Positions 27,955-37,699 of a DNA stretch of 64,000 bases are shown here, one piece after another. The translations under genes were made by a program, and so were the position numbers. Source of the DNA: an uncultured Verrucomicrobiae bacterium (lineage in GTDB: Bacteria > Verrucomicrobiota > Verrucomicrobiia > Chthoniobacterales > JAATET01); NCBI GenBank assembly GCA_963719495.1, contig CAVRCI010000002.1:288001-352000 (forward strand), read 5' to 3'. The number at the start of each line of letters is the position of its first letter. Position 1 is the first letter of the stretch. Below the pieces are notes generated by a model. It worked only from the letters and a program-made list of their open reading frames with translations, ran no database searches and was not told where the DNA came from.

Positions 27955-28881
27955 TTATGAAAGCGAGAAGTAGTCGGCGCTTTGGTAGGGGCCGTCGATT
28001 TGCTTGGCGATTTGCATGAGGACGTCGTTGGCGAGCGTGCTGGCTCCGAATCGGAAGAGGTTGGGGGTCATCCAGTCCTCGCCGAGGACTTCATTGACCA
28101 TCACGAGGTAGGCGAGGGCTTGTTTGGCGGTCTTGATGCCGCCAGCGGGCTTCATTCCGATCCGGATGCCGGTGGCGTAGAAGTGGTCGCGGATGGCTTC
28201 GAGCATCACGAGGGTGACCGGGAGCGTGGCGGCGGGGGTTACTTTTCCCGTGGAGGTCTTGATGAAATCGGCTCCGGCGGCGATGGCCAAGTCGCTGGCG
28301 AAGCGGACGTGATCGTAGGTTTCGAGTTCGCCGGTTTCGAAAATGACCTTGAGGTGGGCGGCTCCGCAGGTGTCTTTCACGGCGGCGATTTCATCGAAAA
28401 CCTGGCGAAATTCGCCACGGAGGAAGGCTCCGCGGTCGATGACCATGTCGATCTCGTCGGCTCCGAAATCGACGGCGAGGCGGACGTCCTCGAGTTTGAC
28501 CGAGAGCGGCATGAGACCGCTGGGGAAGGCGGTGGCGACGGCGGCAACGTTGATCGTGGTGCCGCGGAGAAACTTTTTGGCGGACGGGACGAGGTTCGGG
28601 TAGACGCAGACGGCGGCGGCGGACGGGACTTCGTAGCGTGCCTCACCGGGGGAGATGGCTTTGCGGCAGAGGGCGGCGACTTTGCCGGGAGTGTCTTTGC
28701 CTTCGAGGGTGGTGAGATCCATCATCGAGTAGGCGAGACGGAGGCCGGAGAGCTTGGCGTCGGCTTTGATGCTGCGCTTGGTGAAGCTGGCGGCGCGTTC
28801 CTCGACCATCACTTGGTCGACGGGGCGGGTGAGGTGAAGAGGGCGGGAGGGGGTGAGGGGGAGAGGGGGCGAGGATTTCAT
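27955..28881 (-). CDS. deoC: deoxyribose-phosphate aldolase
   Basis: DLTTLEG.DT, GADEIDMVI, LKVIFETGEL, FIKTSTGK, KPAGGI, RFGAS. Confidence 0.95.
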   Translation of the reverse strand: MKSSPPLPLTPSRPLHLTRPVDQVMVEERAASFTKRSIKADAKLSGLRLAYSMMDLTTLEGKDTPGKVAALCRKAISPGEARYEVPSAAAVCVYPNLVPSAKKFLRGTTINVAAVATAFPSGLMPLSVKLEDVRLAVDFGADEIDMVIDRGAFLRGEFRQVFDEIAAVKDTCGAAHLKVIFETGELETYDHVRFASDLAIAAGADFIKTSTGKVTPAATLPVTLVMLEAIRDHFYATGIRIGMKPAGGIKTAKQALAYLVMVNEVLGEDWMTPNLFRFGASTLANDVLMQIAKQIDGPYQSADYFSLS

Positions 28882-28929
28882 GCGGACGGTGCGAGGGATG
28901 AGAAAGATTAGGTTTAGGAGAATGAGGGC

Positions 28930-29748
28930 TCAGGAGAGGCGGACGAGGTCTCTCAGGAATTGGACCCAGAGGAAGAGCATGCCGCGAGCCGAGTAGCGGA
29001 TGTTCTTCTCGCCGTCGCGGACGAGCAGGCCTCGATCGAGATTGTGAAGGATTTGGTCGTGGAGATCGGATTCGAGGCGCTGGCGGAGTTGGTCGGGAGT
29101 CTGGACGCGGACGGCGTCGACGCCGACCTTGCTTCGGTCCAGGAAGAGACGGTGCTCGGAGAGCATTTCGGAAAACGGGATGTCGCCAGCGGTGCGGTGG
29201 AGGCGGAGGCGCGGGAGGAGGCGGAGCCCATAGGAAAAGGGGTAGTTCCAAGTGGTGTAAATGTGGCCGTCCTCGCCGCGGGAGGTGATGGAGACGTAGT
29301 AAAAGGCGAGTTCGCTCTGCTCGACGAGGCAGATGGCGGTCTCGGTGCGGCTCTCGGCTTGGTAGTGGACGCGGTAGAATTGCCGCTGCTCGTCGTGGTC
29401 CCAGCCGATGTCGTCGACGTGCTCGAAGTGCTCGGCTTCAACTTCGTCGGTGAGGTCGTTGAAGTTCGGGAAATCGGAGCGGTTCGGCGGGGTCCGCGGG
29501 CTGAGTTGCCGGTCGATGGGCAGGCGGAGCTTGCGGACGCGGGTGAGAATTTCCACCCAAGGGAGCAGAATCCAGCTGGCGGCGAAGGCGACGCCCCAGA
29601 GGAGGTGACCACCGATGAGCCAACCGGCGAGGAAGGATGTGACGAAAATCCCCAAGGTTCCGATTCGCCGGACGTTGCGGTGGCGGTAGCTGCGCAGGGC
29701 CATGCTGAGCACGGCGACGGCGGCGACGATGAGGAAGTTGGACAGCAT
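28930..29748 (-). CDS. membrane-anchored hypothetical protein
   Basis: 272 aa with N-terminal TM helices; TGATG-coupled to the glutaredoxin gene. Confidence 0.75.
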   Translation of the reverse strand: MLSNFLIVAAVAVLSMALRSYRHRNVRRIGTLGIFVTSFLAGWLIGGHLLWGVAFAASWILLPWVEILTRVRKLRLPIDRQLSPRTPPNRSDFPNFNDLTDEVEAEHFEHVDDIGWDHDEQRQFYRVHYQAESRTETAICLVEQSELAFYYVSITSRGEDGHIYTTWNYPFSYGLRLLPRLRLHRTAGDIPFSEMLSEHRLFLDRSKVGVDAVRVQTPDQLRQRLESDLHDQILHNLDRGLLVRDGEKNIRYSARGMLFLWVQFLRDLVRLS

Positions 29749-29993
29749 CAGGCGGGGGCGATGCTATGGGTTGTGAGGAATTTCTCAAGCTGCCCGGTGT
29801 CGAAGTCGGGGAGGATTTGGCCGTCGGGGGTCTCGAGCGTGGGCGTGAGCGATTGGCCGGAGATCTCCTTCATGCGGGCGAACGCGTCGCGGTCGGTGAG
29901 GACGTCGATGGATTCGTAGGAGTATCCGCGCTGATCGAGCCAGGCGAGGGCGTCCACGCACCACGGACACCAGGGCTTCACGTAAATTTTCAT
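29748..29993 (-). CDS. glutaredoxin family protein
   Basis: CPWC active site; SGQSLTPT. Confidence 0.9.
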   Translation of the reverse strand: MKIYVKPWCPWCVDALAWLDQRGYSYESIDVLTDRDAFARMKEISGQSLTPTLETPDGQILPDFDTGQLEKFLTTHSIAPA

Positions 29994-30022
29994 CGGTCGA
30001 TGGTAGTCGGGATTTTCCGGAC

Positions 30023-30051
30023 TTGCCAGCGGCGGAATCTGCCCGCATATT
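30023..30051 (+). promoter_or_regulatory. sigma70-like promoter of tRNA-Glu
   Basis: TTGCCA-17 nt-CATATT. Confidence 0.55.
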
Positions 30052-30064
30052 CCCCGCTCTTAAC

Positions 30065-30139
30065 GGTGCCTTCGTCTAGGGGTTAGGACACGGCCCTCTC
30101 AAGGCCGGTGCACGGGTTCAAATCCCGTAGGCACTGCCA
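30065..30139 (+). tRNA. tRNA-Glu(CUC)
   Basis: Acceptor GGTGCCT/AGGCACT; anticodon arm CGGCC-CTCTCAA-GGCCG; T-arm ACGGG-TTCAAAT-CCCGT; encoded CCA. Confidence 0.95.
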
Positions 30140-30484
30140 CTTCCGCTGCCATTGGGTTCGGTGGGGTCGGAAAAGTCCCTTTTTTTATGAACGATTATTC
30201 GGAACATTCATTCGCCGGTGCGGCGATCGCAACGGTTGGCTTGATGGGAGTCCTGGTGCTGAAGGAATTCGTGCACCGTTGGTTGCCAGCCCCGGTTCGG
30301 GAGGATTATCCCGAGGCCCTTTCCTGTGATCCTGCGGCTGCGGCGGCGCACGCGAGGTTGTGTGCGGATCGCGGGGAGTAGCGGGGTGAAAATGTCCGGC
30401 TGCGCCGGATTTGGTCGGGTCGGCGATTGAAAATCGCCGCTCCTTGAGTTTTGGCTCTCTCGCTTTGCTTGATTTGCCTGGCGG

Positions 30485-30533
30485 TGCGGCGGGACGCCGC
30501 ATCTCGCACGCGGGGACGCGTGCGCTCCCCTAC
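30485..30533 (-). repeat. double-hairpin GTAG-type REP (family C)
   Basis: TGCGGCGGGACGCCGCA plus GCACGCGGGGACGCGTGC; copies at 36424-36471 and 52658-52715. Confidence 0.8.
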
Positions 30534-30685
30534 ATCTGGGGGGAGGTTACGGCGCTGCCTTGGTAGTTGCTGGGGGTGCCGATGTCGGGACTCGTGGGGC
30601 CGGTGGTGGGTCTGGGGCTTTCCAGAGGGGATTGGCAGGCGGTGAGGGTGAGCGCGAGGGCGGCGAGGAGAAGGATGGTTTTCAT
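30530..30685 (-). CDS. small lipoprotein
   Basis: MKTILLLAALALTLTAC lipobox; ATGA-coupled to the FGE-family gene. Confidence 0.75.
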   Translation of the reverse strand: MKTILLLAALALTLTACQSPLESPRPTTGPTSPDIGTPSNYQGSAVTSPQM

Positions 30686-31665
30686 GGATTTTTGGCGCAT
30701 CTGAAGCCGAGGTGGTTGGTGCCGGTGAGGATGTCGCCTTTGCCGCGGCCACCGGGCATGTAGCGGCTGCAATATTGGTCGGTGCAGAGGAAGGATCCGC
30801 CTTTGTGGACCCGCTTGGGGATGCCGGGCTCCGAAGGGTCGAAGGAATCCGGCGGACCGGCTGGGTTGACGGTCAGTTTCCCGGCGGCGGCGGCTTTCGC
30901 GAAGGTGTCGGGGCGATACCAGTCGCTGACCCATTCCCAGATGTTGCCGGCGACGTCGTGGAGGCCGTAGGCGTTGGGCGGGAAGGATTTGACCGGGGCG
31001 GCCGCGGCAAAGCCGTCGGTCACGGTGTTGTTTTCGGGGAAATGACCTTGGAACGTGTTGGCGAGGGGCTGGCCGTCTGGTTCGAACGTGTCACCCCAGG
31101 CGAAGGGCTGCTGGTCGAGTCCGCCGCGGGCGGCTCGCTCCCATTCGGCTTCGGTCGGGAGGCGTTTGCCAGCCCATTCGGCGTAGGCGGTGGCGTCTTC
31201 GAAGGCGACGTTGACGACCGGGTAGTTTCCCAGGCCTTCGAGATTGCTGTCGGGGCCGGTCGGGTGATTCCAGCTGGCGCCGGGGACGTAGGACCACCAG
31301 CGGAGGTTGCTGTCGAGGGGGACGGCGTCCTTCGGCGGAGCGAAGATGACCGCTCCCGGAACGAGGAGCTCGGGTGGGGCTCCGGGGAAGTCTTTCGGGT
31401 CGAGTGGGCGTTCGGCGACGGTGACGTAGCCGGTGGCTTCGACAAACTTCGCGTATTCGGCGTTGGTGACCTCGGTTTCGTCCATCCAGAAGCCGTCGAC
31501 GTAGACGTCGTGGATCGGCTGGGCGTCGGGGAATTCCTTGTGGTTCGAACCCAGGGCGAACGTGCCGGCGGGGATCCAGACCATGCCGGAGGGGGGGACG
31601 GCGGTTGCGGTGGTAAGCGTGAGGGCGAACAGGGTTGCAGCGGGGGAAAGAAGGATGCGGTGCAC
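30682..31665 (-). CDS. formylglycine-generating enzyme (SUMF1/FGE-sulfatase) family protein, exported
   Basis: FWMDETEVTN, RLPTEAEWERAARGG, PNAYGLHDVAGNIWEW, KGGSFLC...YC.RY, HLGFRC. Start probably GTG 31665. Confidence 0.9.
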   Translation of the reverse strand: MHRILLSPAATLFALTLTTATAVPPSGMVWIPAGTFALGSNHKEFPDAQPIHDVYVDGFWMDETEVTNAEYAKFVEATGYVTVAERPLDPKDFPGAPPELLVPGAVIFAPPKDAVPLDSNLRWWSYVPGASWNHPTGPDSNLEGLGNYPVVNVAFEDATAYAEWAGKRLPTEAEWERAARGGLDQQPFAWGDTFEPDGQPLANTFQGHFPENNTVTDGFAAAAPVKSFPPNAYGLHDVAGNIWEWVSDWYRPDTFAKAAAAGKLTVNPAGPPDSFDPSEPGIPKRVHKGGSFLCTDQYCSRYMPGGRGKGDILTGTNHLGFRCAKNP

Positions 31666-31959
31666 TTTCGGGAAATCTAGTCCCGCGGATCGTCGGGCGC
31701 GAATTGAAATTGGGGGTTGGGGACGAGGTGCTTTCGCGATCGGGAGTCGGAACGAGCGGCCTATTTTCACCCGTTTTCCCAGGTGCTGCGAAGACGCGCT
31801 GATCGCTTTTTTGCGTGGGGTGAGAGTGGAAGCCAGAGATGTTTCGCTCCCCTCAACATAACAGGTTCTTGGAAGAGCCCGCTGCGCGGGCGTTGTGGGT
31901 TCGGCGATTTGCAAGTCGCCGCTTCTCGGCGGAGCGGATGAACTCCGCCGCTCTTCGAT

Positions 31960-33069
31960 TTATTCGATGAAGCCCCAGCGTTTGGTGACGGGCCAGAAGA
32001 CAACGAAGGCTTTGCCGGCAATGTTCTTCCGGGGGACGAGACCCCAGTAGCGGCTGTCGCTGGAGTTGTAGCTGTTGTCGCCGAGCGCGAGGTAGTTGTC
32101 CGGCGGGATCTGGAAGGTTTCGGTCGGATTATTGAGGTAATTGAAGCCCCGTGGGCCGTTGCCGTAGCCGCCGTAGCCGTCTTTTTTCGACATCACGCGG
32201 CCCAACATTTTTTCGGTCGCGAGCTTGCCGTTGACGTAGAGATTCGGTGGGTCGATGCGGAGCTCGTCGCCGGGGAGGCCGCCGATGCGCTTGATGTAAT
32301 GTTGGGAGCCGAGGTCCTGGGGAATGTCTTTCTCGATGAGCTGGATGCCGGTCGTCTTGAAGACGAAGACGTCGGCGCGCTCGGGGCGCATGAAGTTGTA
32401 GGTGAGCTTGTTGACGAGGACGAAGTCGCCGTTGTCGACGGAGCCGCGGGCGATCGGCTGGCCCTGCCGGTAGGTGCGGCCTTCGGTCACTTTGAAGTCG
32501 TCGCGGAGTTGGCGGATTGGGGCGAAGACCGAGTAGGTGTTCTTGTCGGTCGTGATCTTCGTGAAGGTGAAGTAATTCGCAAAACTGCTCTCCTTGAGGC
32601 CGATGACGCGTTCGTCGTCCTTGGCGGCGACGTTGAAGTGGGTCCGTCCGCCGAGGACGAAGTCGAACGCTCGAACGAGGATGTTGGGTGGCGGCTCGGT
32701 GGTCGGGGTGCCGATCAGGCCGTAAAGGGTCGGCTGCATGGAGCCGGTGGGAATTTTGAACGGCTCGAGGAGGTAGGCGCGGACGCCGGCGGCGATGACG
32801 ATGGCGACGAGGATGACTTCGACGTTCTCGCGCCATCCGGCGTGGTTGCGCGGCGGGGCGATGCGACCGACGAGCTGGTCGAGGTGGTCGATGCGCTCGC
32901 GGACCGCGTCGGGTTGGCGCTGCTTGGCGGCGCGTTCGAGGGAGGTGATGCCGTCGTCGAGCGCGGCGTAGTCGTCGGGGGCGAGGAGGTCGGCGCGGTA
33001 GCGTTGGACGCGTCGGGCGGCCTGGACGTAGTTGTGGGCTTCCTTGACGTAGCGCGGCTTGAAGAACAT
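31960..33069 (-). CDS. lepB: signal peptidase I
   Basis: EPFKIPTGSMQPTL, YIKRIGGLPGD, LGDNSYNSSDSRYWG. Confidence 0.95.
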   Translation of the reverse strand: MFFKPRYVKEAHNYVQAARRVQRYRADLLAPDDYAALDDGITSLERAAKQRQPDAVRERIDHLDQLVGRIAPPRNHAGWRENVEVILVAIVIAAGVRAYLLEPFKIPTGSMQPTLYGLIGTPTTEPPPNILVRAFDFVLGGRTHFNVAAKDDERVIGLKESSFANYFTFTKITTDKNTYSVFAPIRQLRDDFKVTEGRTYRQGQPIARGSVDNGDFVLVNKLTYNFMRPERADVFVFKTTGIQLIEKDIPQDLGSQHYIKRIGGLPGDELRIDPPNLYVNGKLATEKMLGRVMSKKDGYGGYGNGPRGFNYLNNPTETFQIPPDNYLALGDNSYNSSDSRYWGLVPRKNIAGKAFVVFWPVTKRWGFIE

Positions 33070-33177
33070 CGGGTCGGCAGACTTAGCGGAGCAGCGGGTG
33101 GGGCGGAAGCGAAAAGGTGGAAGGGACCGGCTTCGTTCGGGCTGGATTTACGGGCGTGCTTCGTGTGGAACGGCGGC

Positions 33178-33543
33178 GTGTTGTTCGGAGAACGGGAACT
33201 GGCGTTGGCGCGGGAGGTGGTGGAGCGGACGCTCGACGGGCTGCCGGAGGAAATCGCGCGCCCGGTGGAGGCGGTGTCGGTTTTCGTCGAGGATGCGCCG
33301 GGGGAGGATGATCTGGAAATCGGGGTGGGGCGGGATTGGCTCGGGATTTTCGAGGGGGCGGCCTACGGGGATTTGGGGCGGATCGATCCGCCGCGCATCC
33401 GGATCTGGTGCCGGAACGTGTGGCACTTTGCCTCGGGCCGGGAGGACGAATACCTCGAAGAAGTGCGGGTCACGCTCCTCCACGAGATCGCCCACTTCCT
33501 CGGCATGGACGAGGAGGACGTGGCGGCACGGGGGCTGGAGTAG
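33178..33543 (+). CDS. zincin-like metallopeptidase family protein
   Basis: LGIFEG...PPRI...EEVRVTLLHEIAHFLGMDE (HExxH); start uncertain (33163-33181). Confidence 0.8.
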   Translation: MLFGERELALAREVVERTLDGLPEEIARPVEAVSVFVEDAPGEDDLEIGVGRDWLGIFEGAAYGDLGRIDPPRIRIWCRNVWHFASGREDEYLEEVRVTLLHEIAHFLGMDEEDVAARGLE

Positions 33544-33845
33544 TGAGCGGCTCGCTGCGCTCGCGCGTGATTGGTGACTCGTGAATGGTGAATGGTGAGC
33601 ACCGGCGGCTGGGAAGCCGCGGGGCAGACTGCACCGGCTCTGCGATGCAGCCCGAAGGGCGAGACGAGCGGTAGCGAGCGAGTCAACGGTCGGACGGCTC
33701 CCCCGCTGGGGCGGGGATTGCCTTTGTTTCCTGTCACCTTGAACGGAGTGAAGGATCTCTGGCTTTTCCTCGGACGGGCGCTGGCTCGCTGAAAATGGCG
33801 GGCTTGGGCGGAGGGGAGGCGACCCGCCGACCTGCTCGCGTTACC

Positions 33846-35567
33846 CTAGTTCGGCAGCGGGAAGCGGCTGGTGAGGGCGGTGACTTTTTCGCGGACTTTA
33901 CTGAGACCCGCTTCGTCGTCTTTGGCGTCGAGAGCGGCGTGGATGAGGTCGGCAATGTCCATCATTTCGTCTTCTTTCATTCCGCGGGTGGTCATGGCCG
34001 GGGTGCCGATGCGGATGCCGCCGGTCTTGAAGATCGGCTCGGTGTCGAAGGGGATGGCGTTCTTGTTGACGGTGATGGCGGCTTGGTCGAGGACCTTGGA
34101 GGCCTCGGCTCCGTTGATGCCACGGGGGCGGAGGTCGACGAGCATGACGTGGTTGTCGGTGCCGCCGGAACTGAGCGTGTAGCCGAGGCGGACGAGCTGC
34201 GCGGCGAGGGCCTTGGCGTTGCTGACGATCTGGGCCGCGTAGGCTTTGAAGCCGGACTGTTGGATTTCGTGGAAGCAGATGGCCTTGGCGGCGATGACGT
34301 GCATGAGGGGGCCGCCCTGGACGCCGGGAAAGACGAGGCTGTCGATTCTCTTGGCGTATTGCTCCTTGCAGAGAATGAGGCCGGCTCGGGGTCCGCGGAG
34401 GCTTTTGTGCGTCGTGGTGGTGACGAAGTCGGCGTGGGCGATGGGGCTCGGGTGCGCGCCGCCGGCGACGAGACCGGCGATGTGGGCCATGTCGACGAAG
34501 AGGTAGGCTCCGACGGAATCGGCGATCTCGCGCATGCGGGCGAAATCGATGGTGCGGGGGTAGGCGGAGGCACCGGCGGTGATCATTTTCGGCTTCACCT
34601 CGGCGGCGGTGGCGGCGAGGGCGTCGTAGTCGATGCGGCCCGACTCGGCGCTCACGCCGTAGTGGGTGGTCTCGTAAAGCTTGCCGGAAAAATTCGCCGG
34701 GTGGCCGTGGGTGAGGTGGCCGCCGTGGGCGAGGTCCATGGTGAGGATGCGGTCGCCGGGCTTGAGGACGCTGAAGTAGACGGCGGCGTTGGCTTGGGAG
34801 CCGCTGTGGGGCTGGACGTTGGCGTGGTCGGCCCCGAAGATGGTTTTGGCTCGCTCGATGGCGAGGCGCTCGACGACGTCGACGTGTTCGCAACCGCCAT
34901 ACCAGCGTTTGCCGGGGTAGCCTTCGGCGTATTTGTTGGTGAGGCAGGAGCCCTGGGCCTCCATGACGGCGCGGGAGGTGTAGTTCTCGCTGGCGATGAG
35001 CTCGATGTGCTCGGCCTGGCGGTGGGCTTCGGCGTGGATCGCGGCGGCGATCTCGGGGTCGGTCGCTTTGATGTGCGGGATGGTTTCGGCGGAGGTGCTG
35101 GGCTCGGCGTGGGAGATCATGGTGTGGTCGATGTGGTTGAGAAGGGACGGCAGGGCCCGTTTGATCGTGTCCTTGCAGCGGGCGTAGACTTCGTGGCCTT
35201 GTCCGATGGGGTCGGGGACGTCGCGGGTGGTGTCGTCGAACTCGCGGAGGAGTTTGATTTTGCCGCGCGAGGTCGGGAAGAGCGTTTCCATGAGCCGCTG
35301 GTGGTCGCGGGTCATCGCGAAGATGAAGTCGAATTGCTCGATGAGCTTTTCGGTGACCGGCTGGCTACGCTGACGCGAGATGTCGATTTTTTCCTCGGAT
35401 TTGAGGACGTCAACGGCCTCGCGGCTGGGGGCCTGGCCGGTCTGAGCGCTCACACCGGCGGAGGCGACTTCGAGTTCGCGGCGGTCGCGGACGAGGTGGC
35501 GGAAGAGCCCTTCGGCCATCGGGCTGCGGCAGATGTTGCCGGTGCAGACGAAGAGGACGCGTTTCAT
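33846..35567 (-). CDS. glyA: fusion of a low-molecular-weight protein phosphatase and serine hydroxymethyltransferase
   Basis: First ~145 aa: [13 protein letters not shown]...DVPDPIG. Remainder: [44 protein letters not shown]. One open frame. Confidence 0.93.
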   Translation of the reverse strand: MKRVLFVCTGNICRSPMAEGLFRHLVRDRRELEVASAGVSAQTGQAPSREAVDVLKSEEKIDISRQRSQPVTEKLIEQFDFIFAMTRDHQRLMETLFPTSRGKIKLLREFDDTTRDVPDPIGQGHEVYARCKDTIKRALPSLLNHIDHTMISHAEPSTSAETIPHIKATDPEIAAAIHAEAHRQAEHIELIASENYTSRAVMEAQGSCLTNKYAEGYPGKRWYGGCEHVDVVERLAIERAKTIFGADHANVQPHSGSQANAAVYFSVLKPGDRILTMDLAHGGHLTHGHPANFSGKLYETTHYGVSAESGRIDYDALAATAAEVKPKMITAGASAYPRTIDFARMREIADSVGAYLFVDMAHIAGLVAGGAHPSPIAHADFVTTTTHKSLRGPRAGLILCKEQYAKRIDSLVFPGVQGGPLMHVIAAKAICFHEIQQSGFKAYAAQIVSNAKALAAQLVRLGYTLSSGGTDNHVMLVDLRPRGINGAEASKVLDQAAITVNKNAIPFDTEPIFKTGGIRIGTPAMTTRGMKEDEMMDIADLIHAALDAKDDEAGLSKVREKVTALTSRFPLPN

Positions 35568-35622
35568 GGACGCGAAAGGGTAAGGGCTGGCGGGGCGGTG
35601 TCAATGGCGGGTCGGGGGCGAG

Positions 35623-36261
35623 CAGCAGTTCTCATTTTGGGATTGTTGAAGTGCCAGAGGGCGGTCGGCTGACTCGAAGGGGAGGTGAATTTGAGGGCGG
35701 CACTGGAAGGGGCGCGAATGTTACGAAATAGCCTTGGACGGCACCTGGTATTTTTCCTCCCAGTCCGAGAACATCCACTGCCCGCACTGCTCGCGCATCG
35801 AGCACACCAATGGATGCACGACGCATTACCACAGCGCGCTGACCCCGGTCGTGGTGAGCCCCGGACACTCCCAGTGGGTCGGGGAATTGGAGGAAGGCAA
35901 CGGCCTGCACACCCTGCTCGAACTCACCGACGGCAACTACCGCCTCGTTCGCTCCGCCGTGGGCGCTCGGCGCAAGTTCTTCGAGCACATCCGCACGCTC
36001 ACCACCTACCTGCACTTCGAAAGCTGGGACCATCTCATGGATTTCATGCTCCGGGGTCTGGAAATCGGCCCCTACGCCTCGCTTCGAAACTGAACCCGCA
36101 TTCTTGCGGCCAATCGCGCGTCAGCCTGCCGCGCTGGCGCAGCCTGTAACCGTCCCGCCCCGCCGCCCATCAATCCCGGCGGCCACTCCACGCTCATCCC
36201 TTTGCTCCAACCCTCTCACATCTCCCCCCTGTCTGCCGGCACCCCAAAATGAGAACTGCTG
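35623..36261 (+). mobile_element. non-autonomous, internally deleted insertion sequence (639 bp)
   Basis: Perfect 19-bp terminal IR CAGCAGTTCTCATTTTGGG (35623-35641 / 36243-36261) enclosing transposase fragments. Confidence 0.85.
35728..36093 (+). pseudogene. DDE transposase remnant (ISNCY/IS4-like)
   Basis: IALDGTWYFSS...IHCPHCS...HYHSALTPVVVSPG joined directly to a C-terminal segment (RRKFFEHIRTLTTYLHFESWDHLMDFM); N-terminus and catalytic middle are missing. Confidence 0.75.
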
Positions 36262-36475
36262 GGAGTCGTCCCCGGCTTCTTGACGCGCTTGCGCGTTTGT
36301 GGTCCTCAGCATGACAGAGTTTGGCTTTTGGAATGCGGATCTGATGATGCCGCCTTGGAACCGGAGGGACCGTGCTGGCCGTCGCTCCTTGATTCCTTCG
36401 GCTCGCTTCGCATTGCCGGGTTTGCGGCGGCGGGACGCCGCAGCTCGCACGCGGGGGCGCGTGCGTTCCCCCTTC

Positions 36476-37699
36476 TTACAACATGTGGCCTAGTTTGGAC
36501 TTTTTGGTGGCCAGGTAGTCGAGGTTGTGGGGGTTGGCGACCGATCGAATGGGGACTTGCTCGACGATCTCGAGGCTGTATCCGTCGAGGCCGACGACTT
36601 TTCTTGGGTTGTTCGTGAGAAGGCGGAGTTTGCGGACTCCGAGATCCTCGAGGATTTGGGCTCCGAGGCCGTAGTCGCGGAGGTCGGGGGGGAAGCCGAG
36701 GCGGGCGTTGGCTTCGACGGTGTCGAGGCCTTCTTCCTGGAGTTTGTAGGCGTGGATCTTGGCGGGGAGGCCAATGCCGCGACCCTCCTGCCGCATGTAG
36801 ACGAGGACGCCGCTGCCGGCTTCGTCGATCTGCCGGAGGGCGGTGTGGAGTTGGGTTCCGCAATCGCAGCGCATGGAGCCGAAAACATCGCCGGTGAGGC
36901 ACTCGCTGTGGACACGGACGAGGGTGGGGGTCTCGGGATCGAGGTCGCCGCGGACGAGGGCGAGGTGGTGGCGGTCGTCGAGTTCGGAGCGGTAGAGGTG
37001 AAGGTCGAAAATGCCGTAGTCGGTGGGCATTTTGATCGTTTGCTCGCGGGTGATGAGCTTTTCGCTTTTGCGGCGGTGGGCGATGAGCGCCTCGATGGTG
37101 CAAATTTTGAGGCCGTGCTCTTTGCGGAATTCGAGGAGGTCGGGAAGGCGGGCCATGGAGCCGTCGTCGTTGAGGATCTCGCAGATGACGCCGGATGGGT
37201 CGAGTCCCGCGAGGCGGGCGAGGTCGATGGAGGCCTCGGTGTGGCCGGCACGGCGGAGGACGCCGCCGCGGCGGGCCTGGAGGGGGAAGATGTGGCCGGG
37301 CTGGACGAGGTCGGCGGGGGTGGCGGTGGGGTCGGCAAGGTGGGCGATGGTGGCGGCCCGGTCGGCGGCGGAGATGCCGGTGGTGATGCCGGCGGCGGCG
37401 TCGACGGAGACGGTGAAGTCGGTTTTGTAGATCTCGCGGTTGTGCGCGACCATGCGCTGGAGACCGAGGTGGGTGGCGCGGTCTTCGGTGATGGGGGCGC
37501 AGATGAGTCCTCGGCCGAAGCGGGACATGAAGTTCACCGCGGCGGGCGTGACTTTGGCCGCGGCCATGACGAGGTCACCTTCGTTTTCACGGTCGGCGTC
37601 GTCGGTGACGATGACCATTTTTCCGGCGGCGATGTCGGCGATGACGTCGGGGATTGGATCGAAAGTCGGGGTGTCGGTGGAAGTCGGGGCCTGGGCCAT
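36476..37699 (-). CDS. ribBA: bifunctional DHBP synthase / GTP cyclohydrolase II
   Basis: DRENEGDL, RAGHTEA, RVHSECLTGDVFGSMRCDCG, QEGRGIGL, LLTNNP. Confidence 0.97.
   Translation of the reverse strand: MAQAPTSTDTPTFDPIPDVIADIAAGKMVIVTDDADRENEGDLVMAAAKVTPAAVNFMSRFGRGLICAPITEDRATHLGLQRMVAHNREIYKTDFTVSVDAAAGITTGISAADRAATIAHLADPTATPADLVQPGHIFPLQARRGGVLRRAGHTEASIDLARLAGLDPSGVICEILNDDGSMARLPDLLEFRKEHGLKICTIEALIAHRRKSEKLITREQTIKMPTDYGIFDLHLYRSELDDRHHLALVRGDLDPETPTLVRVHSECLTGDVFGSMRCDCGTQLHTALRQIDEAGSGVLVYMRQEGRGIGLPAKIHAYKLQEEGLDTVEANARLGFPPDLRDYGLGAQILEDLGVRKLRLLTNNPRKVVGLDGYSLEIVEQVPIRSVANPHNLDYLATKKSKLGHML

Noticed and set aside
30140..30480. Integrated element at the tRNA-Glu 3' end, and ORF 30187-30381
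   Set aside because: No duplicated tRNA 3' end or integrase nearby; the 64-aa ORF has no recognisable motif, so it was left uncalled.
31666..31914. REP apparently inside the FGE-family coding sequence
   Set aside because: The signal peptide and -10 box place the real start at about 31665, so the repeats are intergenic.
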